Shown piece by piece: positions 14,130 to 26,250 of a DNA stretch of 64,000 nt; positions within the stretch are counted from its first letter, which is position 1, and every line of letters starts with the position of its first letter. This DNA comes from Octopus vulgaris (Eukaryota): assembly GCA_951406725.2 (NCBI GenBank), contig OX597823.1, positions 74,400,001 through 74,464,000 of the forward strand, read 5' to 3'. The position numbers were made by a program, and so were the translations under genes. The notes below the pieces were generated by a model that saw only the letters and a list, made by a program, of their open reading frames with translations, made no database searches and was not told where the DNA came from.

Positions 14130-14600
14130 TCAGCCTTGTTAAATAACTGGTTAATCTTCAGATGAATTAACTGAGGAGTCTTTTATTCCCGATTGTTGTG
14201 ATTTTCGACTGAAACTTGAATTTATCATGTAGAGAGTTAATACAAGCAACATGGCTGGACACAATATCAAGAACAACAACACAATCGAGGAGCAGACCAG
14301 AAACAACAGCTCAACAGGTAAATAAATTCTTTCTATAGTTATAGAAGAAACTGTAACTACAAAACTAATTTATTTTGGAGTTATGAATTGAATAATGGTC
14401 TATTTAACTGCTACGAAAAGGTGAAACAAAACCCTGCTGTTGGCTATATGAGTCAATTGAAATCATATTGGGACGATCTACATCCAGAATTGAATCATTT
14501 TACAACAAAGCAACTACACCAACAGGCAACATTTGTAGAACATAGGAAGAAGGCTAGTAACTGTAGCTTTATTAAAAAACGAAAATTAACTTTCTTTCCA
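14130..14600 (+). mobile_element. 5' fragment of an R4/Dong-like non-LTR retrotransposon (5' UTR plus N-terminus)
   Basis: ATG at 14251; after a stop and frameshift it reads FWSYELNNGLFNCYEKVKQNPAVGYMSQLKSYWDDLHPELNHFTTKQLHQQA, resembling the W..E.N..L..CY.....GY...L...W...HP N-terminal domain of R4/Dong ORFs. Confidence 0.6.
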
Positions 14601-14775
14601 ACTCTAAACAAAATTGAAAACGTGAATGATGCAAGGCCACACGTGGTTTCTCAGCCAGCGATATCCCAACAGATTCCATAGTGCCTGCCAGCAAAACTAC
14701 ATTACTGGCTCAAGTAACTGACTACTGTCCCCTACTACGACTATGGTAAATAGCAAACCTAACCACAATGATTAT

Positions 14776-14778
14776 TGT

Positions 14779-14851
<73 letters not shown>

Positions 14852-14861
14852 CTAGTAGTAC
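14776..14861. repeat. (GCA)n-(GTA)n compound trinucleotide repeat
   Basis: Seen directly. Confidence 0.95.
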
Positions 14862-15304
14862 TAACCATTTTTAGAAGTATATATACATTTCAGTGCTATA
14901 CATACGCTTCGCATATGCATTCATGCTATAACGTGGATAATCTTATGGTACAAATGAGAATATTTAATATCCATCGATTACATGTGTGTAAACTGATGAA
15001 ACAATATAGAGAATAAGGAGAGTGGTTACTTTTGTTCATTCAACATTGACATATGTTCCAATGCTCATAACATTAACAAATTTGGTACATATATGCTTAC
15101 CTATTTTACCCGAGTTTTGCTACAAGGATATAAAGAATAAATAAAATATATTTGTTAAATGTGCGCAACTTTAAACTGTTGAAGATATTGCACTGTAACA
15201 ATAATATCAACTTACCATTAGAGTGCTACTAATACAATTTTATAAGGGAATTGTCCTGTAGTTAAGGGAAACCTGTATTTCTTCATCAATATCTAGAGTT
15301 ATAA

Positions 15305-15475
15305 GCGGCGAGCTGGCAGAATCGTTAGCAAGTCGAGCGTCTGTCTTTACGTTCAGAGTTCAAATTTCGCCGAGGTCGACTTTGCCTTTCATCCTTTCCA
15401 GTTGCGTACTGGGTTGATCTAGTCGACTGGCTTCCTCTCCCAAAATTTAGGGCCTTGTACCTAGAGTAGAAAAGT
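15305..15475 (+). mobile_element. SINE family A, internally deleted
   Basis: GCGGCGAGCTGGCAGAATCGTTAGCA...GTTCAAATTTCGCCGAGGTCGACTTTGCCTTTCATCCTTTC. Confidence 0.85.
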
Positions 15476-15521
15476 ATATCTAGAGTAGAAAGTTATGAGC
15501 ACTATTCATTTTTATCAACGA

Positions 15522-15914
15522 CTAGCAGTATCGCCCGGTGTTGCTCGGGTTTGTAAGGGAAATAACTATATAAGCATTTTTAGAGATGTAAAGTATAATA
15601 GCCATCTCAATATGGTTAACCACAAGGGGGGGGTGTTACTGTAGCTTTTTACGTTCTGAGATTTAATAATAAACTTTTAGAGAGTTACTTCCCTTACATA
15701 TGCCAAAAATGCATTAAAATGGGAAAATTGATGGTAAACTTTTTTTAAATCGTAGACTCATCGTAGACGCGCGCTAATACCCAGAAGGGCTCGATATGAA
15801 TCACGACTATAAGATACCCGGTTTTGGTTAAACTGCACCGCAAAATGTGGGAGTAGTTAGGAATCTAAATCGTAGGAGACAGACAACACACAACCTTACT
15901 TTTATATATCAAGA
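15522..15914 (-). mobile_element. Non-autonomous Helitron
   Basis: Minus strand starts A|TCTTGATATATAAAAG and ends with a GC-rich hairpin CCCGAGCAACACCGGG followed by CTAG|T: canonical 5'-TC, 3'-CTAG and A/T insertion site. Confidence 0.85.
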
Positions 15915-16834
15915 TATCAAGATCCTCTCACGCGTAGAAACCTCACTGAACACTATCATCTTAAATCTTTGCTGCGCACAGTATTTTCGTCTAGAAAGTG
16001 AATGCCAAATGTTCTCTACTTACTGAGGAGGTAAGTCGAATGCATTAATTTAGAATTAGAAGAGGGGAAAGCTAGTATTTTGAACATATTAGATGGAAAT
16101 AGATCCATGTAGAACATATTTACTGTATATTTTCATTACAACTCAATACATCACATCTGTATTATGACGATTTTCCTATTACAGTGCCAATTATCAGGGC
16201 ATGTACTATATATTTTAGTGTCACATGTATGTCTATAATAGTTTCATTACTGTTAACGGGTGTCGTGTAAGTTATGGAAATCATAACGAACTCATTTTAC
16301 CCAATTGCTGAGTTGATGAGTGTCATGCTATTTGCGTATTTATAATTAACATTTATGTTGATATTATTAGAAGCAATATTTGTGTTGCACCAGGTGAATA
16401 ATTTCTCATTAAGAGAGCAGAGTTTGATTCCATTACCGCCACATTATTAAGTTAAATTCCAGAAATATTTGGAAAGGTGTTATTAACGTTATTATTAATA
16501 CGAAATGGGGATTTATTACTAGTGTTTCATGAAACATAATCAAACCCTGTGTTAATTTCTGAGTAATTAGAAGCATTAATATTGGTTTCAATGTTTAGCA
16601 CACGGCCAGCAATTTCAGTGGAGGGCTAAGCCAACATCGTTAATCGCAATGTTTAGCTGGTATTTAGTTTATCTATTCTGAAACCAGCAAAGTCTATTTC
16701 GGTGGAATATGAAGTCAGAAAGTTAAGATAGACGAAATGCCACCAAGTATTTTACTTGGAGTGCTAAAAATTCTGGCAGTTAGAAGCAGTAGTATTATCA
16801 GCTCATTTTGTTTCTGTTTTTTTTTTACAAAAAT

Positions 16835-17020
16835 TAGTTGTACCTGTATTTCAAAGAGCCAGCTTTGTCACACTCTGCGTCACGCTGAATCTCCCTGAGA
16901 ACTACGTTAGGGGCACACGTGTTGGTAGATTGTTCAGTCACTTGCATGATAATTTCACGAGCAAGCTGTTCTGTTGATCGTATCAGCTGGGACCCTTGTC
17001 GTCGTAACCGACGGAGTGCT
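16835..17020 (+). mobile_element. 3' half of SINE family E
   Basis: Matches the 3' part of 48875-49199 (GAGAACTACGTTAGGGG...CAGCTGGGACCCTTGTCGTCGTAACCGACGGAGT). Confidence 0.85.
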
Positions 17021-17040
17021 CCTGGTTATCAGCTAGATAA

Positions 17041-17238
17041 AGGCGATGAGCTAATAGAATCCTTATCCCGCCGGAAAAAAAATACTTAGAAGCATTTCGT
17101 CTGTCTTTATGTTCTGAGTTCAAATGCCACCGAGGTCGACTTTGCTCTTCATTCTTTCGGGGTCGATAAAATAAGTACCAGTTGAGCACTTACTCCGCTC
17201 CCCCGAAATTGCTGGCCTCCTACCAAGATTTGAAACCA
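17041..17238 (+). mobile_element. SINE family A (further degenerate copies near 16583-16785 -, 17632-17832 +, 19505-19720 -)
   Basis: TTCTGAGTTCAAATGCCACCGAGGTCGACTTTGC...TTCGGGGTCGATAAAATAAGTACCAG. Confidence 0.85.
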
Positions 17239-17980
17239 ATATTATCAATTAAATTAGTATTAATAGCTTATGATGTTTTAGCGGTTTAGGTAATAAAGTT
17301 ATGATGGTGACTTGGCTCAGAAAGAGAAGCAATTTTCAAATAAAGAAACTATTCAAAAGATGCTTTCGGTATGTAAGTTTGAAATTACAATGGGAATGGA
17401 GGATTATACCACAGAATATCGTTTTTTCTGATTTTCCTAATATTGGTCTTGCTACATTCCTGTCTACGATTATCTCTTCCCTGGGATAATTCTCTTTTCA
17501 TAGAACGGATTACAATTATTATTCACAGCAAAATGATATTCTATCAGTCACAGTTGTTAGAACTGTGACCCGTTGACGAAGTGTTATTTACAGTTACAAT
17601 ATAAGTAGAATCCTCGATATCTACCTATTCGAAGGCAGCGAGCTACCAGAAGCTTTACTGCGACGTATAAATTATAAGGGTCATTTCTCTACGATCTGTA
17701 TTCAATCTGTGCAGTAGTAAACTTTGATTTATATTTTGGGATTGATAAAATATGTGCCGCTCGAGTACAGGGTGCAGTGTTATCGACTTAGCCTTTTTCT
17801 CAAAATTGCTGACTTGCTGTGAAGATTAGAAATAATTGTTTATCTATCTAATCAGTTTAAGATCTGGGTAAAGAGGATAAGGTGTGACAGACATAGGCTA
17901 CAAAAAAACCCTTATACAAAATAATATGTTAAGAGAAAAGAAACATCAAAAACGAGAAAGAAAAATGATCTTTAGCTTTT

Positions 17981-18374
17981 GACCTACAGATTTAAAAAAT
18001 AATTATTTGTAACTAAACACTTTCAAACATCGGACACTGGTAGAATGTGTCATATAAAACCTCTTATACTCTTAGCATTTTTGAGAAAAAAATTTATATT
18101 TACGAAGTATTTCGGTAATTTCAACCAAACATAGACGTGTATTCAGTTGAATAAAATTACTGCTGTTGTTTATCAACAACAACTATCGGCGGTGTATTTT
18201 TCGTTTTTCACTGCTATTTATGACATCGTTCATGCGTTTGTACTGGTTTTAAGGTTAGGGTTTTAGGTTTAGTGTTAGGGTTTTAGGGTTAGGGTTAGGG
18301 TTTTAGGGTTAGGGTTGGGGTTTTAGGGTTATGGTTTTAGGGTTAGCTACATTTTAAAAAAAAATCTGTAGGTC
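17981..18374. mobile_element. MITE with TIRs, carrying internal TTAGGG-like repeats
   Basis: GACCTACAGATTT at 17981 and AAATCTGTAGGTC ending at 18374; mixed TTAGGG/TTTTAGGG array at ~18247-18345. Superfamily not assigned. Confidence 0.75.
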
Positions 18375-18676
18375 AAATAGTAAAGTTCCAAGAAAAAGAT
18401 TGGAGAAAGTAGAACACATAACGGACATGAAATCGGAAGAAATTTTCTGATTGGTAGATTCCTGAAACTATAGAATGCCTACTAGTTATATTGATATTGT
18501 TATTTATAGTAATCGTAGGATTACGTATAACAAATAATTGTCTTCTTTCTTTTGTTTCTTTGTATGATTTCCCTCTCCGCGACGGATGCACTAGTCGAAT
18601 AGTTATTGTTAAAATTACTATAAGCTTAACTTTGGGTACTGTGTTTATGTATTCATTACTATGTATATATGTTATA

Positions 18677-19000
18677 TGTGAAGGCGCATGGCTCAGTGGT
18701 TACGATCGTGAGGTTGTGAGCTCGAATCCCGGACCGGGCTGCGTGTTGTGTTCTTGAGCAAAACACTTTATTTCACATTGCTCCAGTTCACTCAGCTGTA
18801 GAAATGAGTTGCGACGTAACTGGTGCCAAGCTGTATCGACCTTTGTCTTTCCCTTGGATAACACTCGTGGCGTGGAGAGGGGAGGCTGGTATTGCATGGG
18901 CGACTGCTGGTCTTCCATAAACAACCTTGCCCGGACTTGTGTCTAGGAGGGTAACTTTCTAGGTGCAATCCCATGGTCATTCATGACCGAAGGGGGTCTT
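18677..19000 (+). mobile_element. tRNA-derived SINE, family D, with 9-bp TSD
   Basis: TGGCTCAGTGG A-box and GCTCGAATCC B-box; central GTGTTCTTGAGCAAAACACTTTATTTCAC shared with family E; TSD TATGTTATA at 18668-18676 and 19001-19009. Confidence 0.9.
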
Positions 19001-20254
19001 TATGTTATACTTTATTATAAGCAGTGCTTTTAAACCCTCATTATCGTACTCGTTTTTTTTTTGTCAGACGCGTTTTTCATTAGTTTGGGAACCAAATACA
19101 TGTTCACAGTAATCTCTGTGAAGTCATATTAATGTTGGTGGCATCTAATTGGTAAAAAAGACTTGAGAAATATCTCTGCAAAATTTGCAATATATGCTCT
19201 CGATTTTATCTTTGAACTGGTATAAACGAAACAGAAGAATTAATTTGGTGGTGTCAGCAGAGTTCGAAGATATCAGTGTAATGTTGAAATTATCTTTGGT
19301 TATTTTCTGCTCCAAAGTTAGTATAAGGAGACTACTAATAAAATTTACAAAGAATATAGCAGAATATTAAGAGTACAAGGAAAAGAAATGTAAGTGAAAG
19401 CTTACACACCTAAAGCATTTTTTGAAATACTACAATACCAATTTTGAACTCAACATATATATCTATGGTGTTAACGTTTTGATACCCGTACGTTTACGCT
19501 ATCATATGGTTATCACTTTGCAAATTTTTAGTATGAAATACCAGTAGTTTTAGAAGGAGGAGTTTAGTCAATTATATCATATCTCTGCTCAACTGGTTTT
19601 TGCTTAGCCGAACCCTAAAGGATGAATATCAAAACTGACCTCGGTGGAATTTCTGCCGGAAGAAAAGTTGCGAATATTTTTAGTACACACGTGAACGATT
19701 CTACCATGTTAGTGTCTTACTTGTGACAGCAATAAGAATAGTGAATCAAATTTTGAACGTGGGCAGAATCTTCGTAACATCAACAAATAAATAATCCCAG
19801 CAGTGGAAATATTGATGCTGCTTCCATCAATATTTCCACTGTGTACTTTATGATGTACTCAATTACGCTAGGTAATACTGTTAATAATGCAAGCCTAAAA
19901 TGCAAAATATATTTCTGCATACCGCGGCGTCATTTATGTTTTTAATGGAAAATTTTCCACGTTATTCTTGTACAATCGTTGGTTCCATGAAATGACTGAT
20001 TTTATCTATAAATATGTCAGATCAATTACTCTACTGTAAACTATTTAACTAGAAAAAAATATCCGTAAACAGCTATCAGGATTGCAGTTAGAAACAGAAA
20101 GCAATATCACCACTTTAAAGTTAGTCTTTATATAAGCTATTACAGACATCGCTATTTTCTAATGTAACATAAAAATAATTTACTTTTTCCCATCAAAGCT
20201 TCTACCATTTCCTTCTAAATCACTGAAATAATTCGTACAAAGTATATATATTTT

Positions 20255-20410
20255 CCTGTTTTGGCAGAAGGCCAGTAATTTTGAGAGGTGGGTACGTCGA
20301 TTACATCAACTCCAGCGATTGACTGGTACTTAACTAATCGACCCCGAAAAGATGAAAGGCGAAGTTTACCTCGGCGGAATTTGATTATGCGAATGATTCT
20401 GCTCGCTCGC
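20255..20410 (-). mobile_element. SINE family A, degenerate
   Basis: Reverse complement contains GCCTTTCATCTTTTCGGGGTCGATTAG. Confidence 0.75.
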
Positions 20411-20814
20411 CGGATTGTGCACAGTAAATCAGTAAATATCAATAACAAGCTGTAATTAGGAAGAACTATATCACTTATATGTACCTATATCATCTATACT
20501 GTTCACTGAATCGTCAATATTTTGATTTGTATAAACCATTTAGGAAACTAGACTCACAAACACACGCGCACACGCTCTCTCTTCTCTCTTTCTTCTTTAC
20601 TTCTCCTTACACTCCCTCCCACACTCACACACTTCTTAGTTATGATAGAAATACATTGACCACCCTTAAAAATATCTCACACCATTTTAATTGTCTCTAT
20701 TAAATACTTCAACTTAATTATCACTTCCCTACTATTAAATTTTTCAATTGTTTAGCCATTATTATACTTTATCACGCTTCACCAAACACTAAATGCACAA
20801 TGTTATATATCCTA

Positions 20815-20815
20815 T

Positions 20816-20893
<78 letters not shown>
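20815..20893. repeat. (ACT)n microsatellite
   Basis: Seen directly. Confidence 0.97.
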
Positions 20894-21046
20894 TAATGGA
20901 ATCTAAATTCGTACATAACATAAATCATGCACCTGATTTGTTTTAGATAATATTTTGTACTTCAAATATTTAAACTCAAGTCAACCCTCCACACAAATTC
21001 AATGCAAGTCATCTGTATACTGTACTGCAAAATTTTACAGAAAGAA

Positions 21047-21998
21047 GGCGTTGAGCTGACAGAATCGTTAGCACGCCGGGCGAAATGCTGAGCGGTATTT
21101 CGTCTGCCGTTACATTCTGAGTTCAAATTTCGCCGAGGTCGATTTTGCCTTTCATCCTTTCGGGGTCGATAAATTAAGTACCATTTACGCACTGGGGTCG
21201 ATATCATCAACTTAATCCATTTGTCTGTCCTTGTTTGTCCTCTCTGTGTTTAGCCCTTGTGGGTAGTAAAGAAATAGGTATTTCGTTTGCCGTTACGTTC
21301 TGAGTTCAAATTCCTCCGAGGTCGACTTTGCCTTTCACCCTTTCGGGGTCGATATATTAAGTACCAGTTACGCTCTGGGGTTGATGTATTCGAATTAATC
21401 CGTTTGTTTCTCCTTGTTTGTCCTCTCTGTGTTTAGCCCCTTGAGAGTAGTAAAGAAATAGGTATTTTGTCTGCCGCTAGGTTCTGAGATCAAATTCCGC
21501 CGAGGTCGACTTTGCCTTTCACCCTTTCGGGGTCGATATAATAAGTACCAGTTACGCACTGGATCGATATAATCGACTTAATCCGTTTGTCTCTCCTTGT
21601 TTGTCCTCTCTGTGTTTAGCCCCTTGTGGGTAGTAAAGAAATAGATATAGGTATCTCGTCTGCCGCTACGTTCTGAGTTCAAATTCCACCGAGGTCGACT
21701 TTGCCTTTCATCCTTTCTGGGTCGATTAAATCAGTACCAGTTACGCACTGGGATCGATATAATCGACTTAATCTGTTTGCTTGCCCTTGTTTGTCCACTC
21801 TGTGTTTAGCACCTGTGGGTAGTAAAGAAATAGGTATTTCACCCTTTTTTACGTTCAAAGTTACAAATTTCACCAGGGTCGAATTCGCCTTTCATCCTTT
21901 CGGTTTTGATAACAAAATCATCTGCTGAACCTTGGGGTCGATGTGATCGACTTATCCTCTCTTCCGAAATTGCTGGGTTTGAGCCAAAATTTCAAACC
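21047..21998 (+). mobile_element. SINE family A with internal tandem array (four ~183-189-bp units plus a terminal unit)
   Basis: A single head at 21047; units start GGTAT at 21094, 21277, 21461, 21650 and 21833; ordinary family-A tail ends at ~21998. Confidence 0.93.
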
Positions 21999-22494
21999 AG
22001 TATTTTGCAAAAGCCAATGAAACACTTGTAGCGGACATTCAATTAAGACTACAATCTGTGTGTTAGTCGTCCGTATATCACCAAAAAGAAATATGCAGTT
22101 ATGCGGCATTTTCTGTAATTTCGGAATCCGAAACTATTCCGGGATACTTCTCTTCATACTAGACCTACTTAACTTTACATCCTCGAGTATTAAGTTAGAT
22201 ATCGCCTTATTAATAACATCTGAAGACGTAGCACGCGTTATTGCCACACATTTGCTAATTTACATGTTAACATTCTTAATGTTTTATGTATATATATATA
22301 CACCCATATACATATATGGCTGTATACGCATACACACTACTACATAAACTCAGTATGTGGGTGCATGTATTCATGTGTGTGTATATATATATGCATATAT
22401 ATATATGTATACATATATATGTGTGTGTATGTATAAATATATAAATATATATAGATATATATACATATATACATACAGACATACATATATATAT

Positions 22495-22532
<38 letters not shown>

Positions 22533-23400
22533 TCATCTAATGACATTACAATTTATGTATATGCAATCGATATTTACGTGGGAAGAAGTACTACAATGCG
22601 TGCGTGCGTGAATGTAATTCTCTGTGCGTGTATATATATATATGTAAATAGGTATGTGTATGGTTCAATGTGCGCGTGAGTGAACTTCTGTCTTCGTGCG
22701 TGCGTATACATATATATCACTCTAATTTGCCCCACTTATTTGATGTCGGTAAACTTTCTTTTCCATTGGAAATCTCCTGTTTCCGTTCTTGTCCTTTAAT
22801 TTTTTTCTGCTCTTTTTTGTCCATTTCGTTCTTCATCTAAATACCTCATGTTGTTCATAAGCATATGTGAGCATGTGTATATATTTGTAGGTGTACCTAT
22901 ATGTTTGCGCGAGTGTATATTTGCGTATACATTATGTGCATTGATATATGTATATATATTGATATACATGTGTATAAATGTAGATATATCTATTGACAAA
23001 TATCCGTATAGTTATTCATATGCCCACATGTGTGCCAGCAGCGCATACTTTATATAACTATATTATATTGTTTGCAATAATGCATATTCATGTACAAGCA
23101 TTGCTAGATACATATGTGCCAGATGCATCTGTGTGTGAGTATGTATATGCTTATGTTCGTACATGTGGAAAGAATTTCTTCTACGCCATTTTTCTTTTTT
23201 ACACAATGTTTATGAAATTAAATTCTCAAAGTTTTTGACCATATTACCATGACGTGAAGCTCCAAGAATGTTCAATATATTTTGCTAAATATAGATTTTA
23301 TATATAAAATGTAGTTAGTTTGTTAAGTGCATTGGCACGCAACTAAGATCGGGAGTTGAATGCTGCTTCTGATTACAATATACATTCATATGCTCTTATA

Positions 23401-23819
23401 CTTTTACTTGTCTCAGGCATTTGACTGCGGCCACGCTGGAGAAACAACTCGAAGGGATTTTTTTTAAACTCGAACAAAGCGACCCTAGGAATTAGTTCTT
23501 AAGCGTGGTCCATTTTCGTTCTTTGTCGAACCGCTAAGTTATGGGGACATAAACACATCAACGCCGTTTGTCAAGCGGTAATGGCGGTAGAAAAACAAAC
23601 ACAACGACGAACACGCATAGATACATACAAAAACACACACACACAGACACATATATGACGGACTTTCTTACGTCTCCGACTACCAAACCCACTCACAAGG
23701 ATTTGTTTGACATGAGGACATAGAAGAAGATACTTTCGTCAAAGTGCCATGCATGAGGACTAAACTTGGACTTATGTGGTTGAGAAATAAGCTTCTTACC
23801 ACATGACCACGCCTTTGCC
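23401..23819 (-). mobile_element. SINE family B, diverged
   Basis: Tail CTTTTACTTGTCTCAGGCATTTGACTGCGGCC and head AAGCTTCTTACCACATGACCACGCC on the + strand. Confidence 0.85.
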
Positions 23820-24649
23820 AATATATATGTGTGTCTCTGTGTCTGTGTGTGTGAAGATAAAATAGCAGAAGTTTAAGTTTGAATTAATTTATATACTGAC
23901 CAATTATAATGAAGGCTGGACTTTGGTCAAAACCATTACGGACAACAGGTGGTTGTAATATCAGTAAATATATTAATGCAATTATATTTTGGATAAATAT
24001 TGATTAGTACTATTTACGAAATCTTAAGTAGTATTATATTTTTCCAGACGTATTGGTGAATCCCGTTAAAGTAAACTACTTATTTGTTTAGTATTATCAT
24101 TATTATTATTTATACATACTGTTTCCCCTAAAGAAAGATTACCCACCAGTTAATTTTCCAGTTTACTCATTTCTCCAACAACTTGAAGAGTTACACTGCA
24201 GAATGGTATGATTCTAATATATTAAGCCTTTTTTCCTCATCTCGAGGCCCCGTTGTTTTCTCTTCTCTTCTTTTATTTTATGTACTTTTCTTCGCTCCAA
24301 TGAAGCTCCGTGTACCAGATCGGATGGTCTATAGAATATGACGAATATTATTCTCAGAATTTTCTTTGGCAGCGCTGACGGACACTGGAAGCAGAAATTG
24401 TTGTTTGTATTAAAAATAATAATCGACGGTGGTCAAATTGTTGCTTCGTCAAGAATTTTCTCCATTTTCTGCTTAATTCAAATGTGATTCCTGATAAACG
24501 CTTGGTTATTTTGTTGTTGCCTGTATCTTCTGAACATACTATACTTGCATATGGATGCCCATGCTTAGCACAGGTAATTTATACCGGTAGTTAAACGGAT
24601 ATTCTTAACCCTTAGACGGTTATTCCAACCGCTAACTTCACTAACCTAA

Positions 24650-24681
<32 letters not shown>

Positions 24682-24697
24682 ACACACACATATATAT

Positions 24698-24853
24698 GTG
24701 ACTATGTGGTAAGAAGCTTGCTTCTCAACCACATAGTTCCGGATTCAGTCCCACAGCGTGGCAGCTTGGTCAAGTGTCTTCTGCTATAACCTCGGGCCGT
24801 CCAAAGTTTTATGAGTGAATTTGGTAGCCGGAAACTGAAAGAATATCGTCGTA
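24698..24853 (+). mobile_element. SINE family B, 5' half
   Basis: GTGGTAAGAAGCTTGCTTCTCAACCACATAGTTCCGGATTCAGTCCCAC. Confidence 0.85.
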
Positions 24854-24942
<89 letters not shown>

Positions 24943-25199
24943 TTGTGTCTGTGCGTAGGAGGATAGATAAAGAGATAGATACCTTCCTACCTACCTACAT
25001 ACATACATACATACATAACACACACATTTATATATACATATATATATTTATATCTAAATAGCTACATACACACAATTATGTACATATGCATATACACGTG
25101 GGTATTTACATAAATACATACATATATATATACATATGTATGTGTGTGTGTATGTATATAGACATCAATAGAGTTTAACGATTCAAATGCCTGAGTGCT

Positions 25200-25937
25200 A
25201 TTTTGTTCTAATCCTAACTCATGGAAGATAGTTGTGTAGGGACTTGTTATATCAAAACTGACTACGTCATTCTGTATATATTTAATAATTCTAGAATAGT
25301 CCATATTATCTCCGATTAAAGTAGGGCCCAATTTCCATTCTGATTTTAATATGATGCCCAACAAAATTGCTTAATCGTCGGATGCTTGGAATTCATCCTT
25401 CCTAAATTGAGTTTGATTTTAAATCAGTTTGTCTGGGAGCCTCTGCATATTATGCATGGTGATCCTTTAATCTATCATAGATTTTTTTTAGTTTTATGAG
25501 ATTTCAGTTGTCTATAAATTTTGCTCGTTTTTGCCTCCAAATTTGTTTGGTAATCCAACTCTTTTTCTGTTTATTAGCTTTTGATATTTTCCGTTAATTT
25601 AACAGTTTTGTACATTGCTTAGTTATCTGCATTGGAAAACCAAGTGTTGGTGGAAATATTGATTATCCAATTGTTCTAAATGCATTTCCTTGTAATGAGT
25701 CTTGTCCATTATTACAGTGGCTCCTCCTTTGTCAGTTTCTTTAATGACTATAGCGAATCTTTCTGTAGACATTGCTATGTTTTTTGTTCTTTATTTGCAA
25801 TATTTGATCTTATACAATTAGCTGGAATGTTCAATTTTATTGATGTTTTCAGAAACATTATATATTCCTCTAAGTGTTTATTCCTGTTCCTCGGAGGTTT
25901 TATCATGTACTATTTTATAATGTGATGGATCATCGTA

Positions 25938-25982
<45 letters not shown>

Positions 25983-26250
25983 TTTTTCTTTCTTTCTCTC
26001 TTTCTTTCTTTCTTTCTGTTTTCTTGAAGAATTTCTTTAGGCGAATTATTCAACAAAATTTCTAAGTATGTTTTATATGATTAGCTGTGTCAGGTTTTGA
26101 AGCTCGTGTGAAATTAATTCCATATTCTAAAAAAAAAATATCTTTTTTGTCTTCACAAATATGTTGCTGTTTTAAATTTAGTAGTTTTGGATCAATTCTT
26201 TAACTTCATCCCTGAATTGGTGTATCGCGAATGATTGCAACTTATTGTAC
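25200..26250 (-). pseudogene. Penelope-like (Neptune-like) RT N-terminal region to motif A, decayed, split by (TTTC)n
   Basis: Minus strand across frameshifts: IKETDKGGATVIMDKTHYKEM (DKG motif); EKELDYQTNLEAKTSKIYRQLKSHK (cf. FYGLPKIHK); VVSFDITSPYTTIFHELGLE (cf. SFDV.SLYTNIPH..GLE). Confidence 0.85.

Noticed and set aside
18247-18345. True telomere or chromosome-fusion scar
   Set aside because: Short, degenerate, single orientation and enclosed by TIRs.
18677-18760. tRNA genes at SINE heads (also 4661, 45210, 49199)
   Set aside because: A/B boxes are present but continue into SINE bodies, several with TSDs; acceptor stems are not intact.
21047-21998. tRNA or 5S gene cluster, or CRISPR array
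   Set aside because: Units are SINE bodies matching dispersed copies, with no full cloverleaf and no unique spacers.
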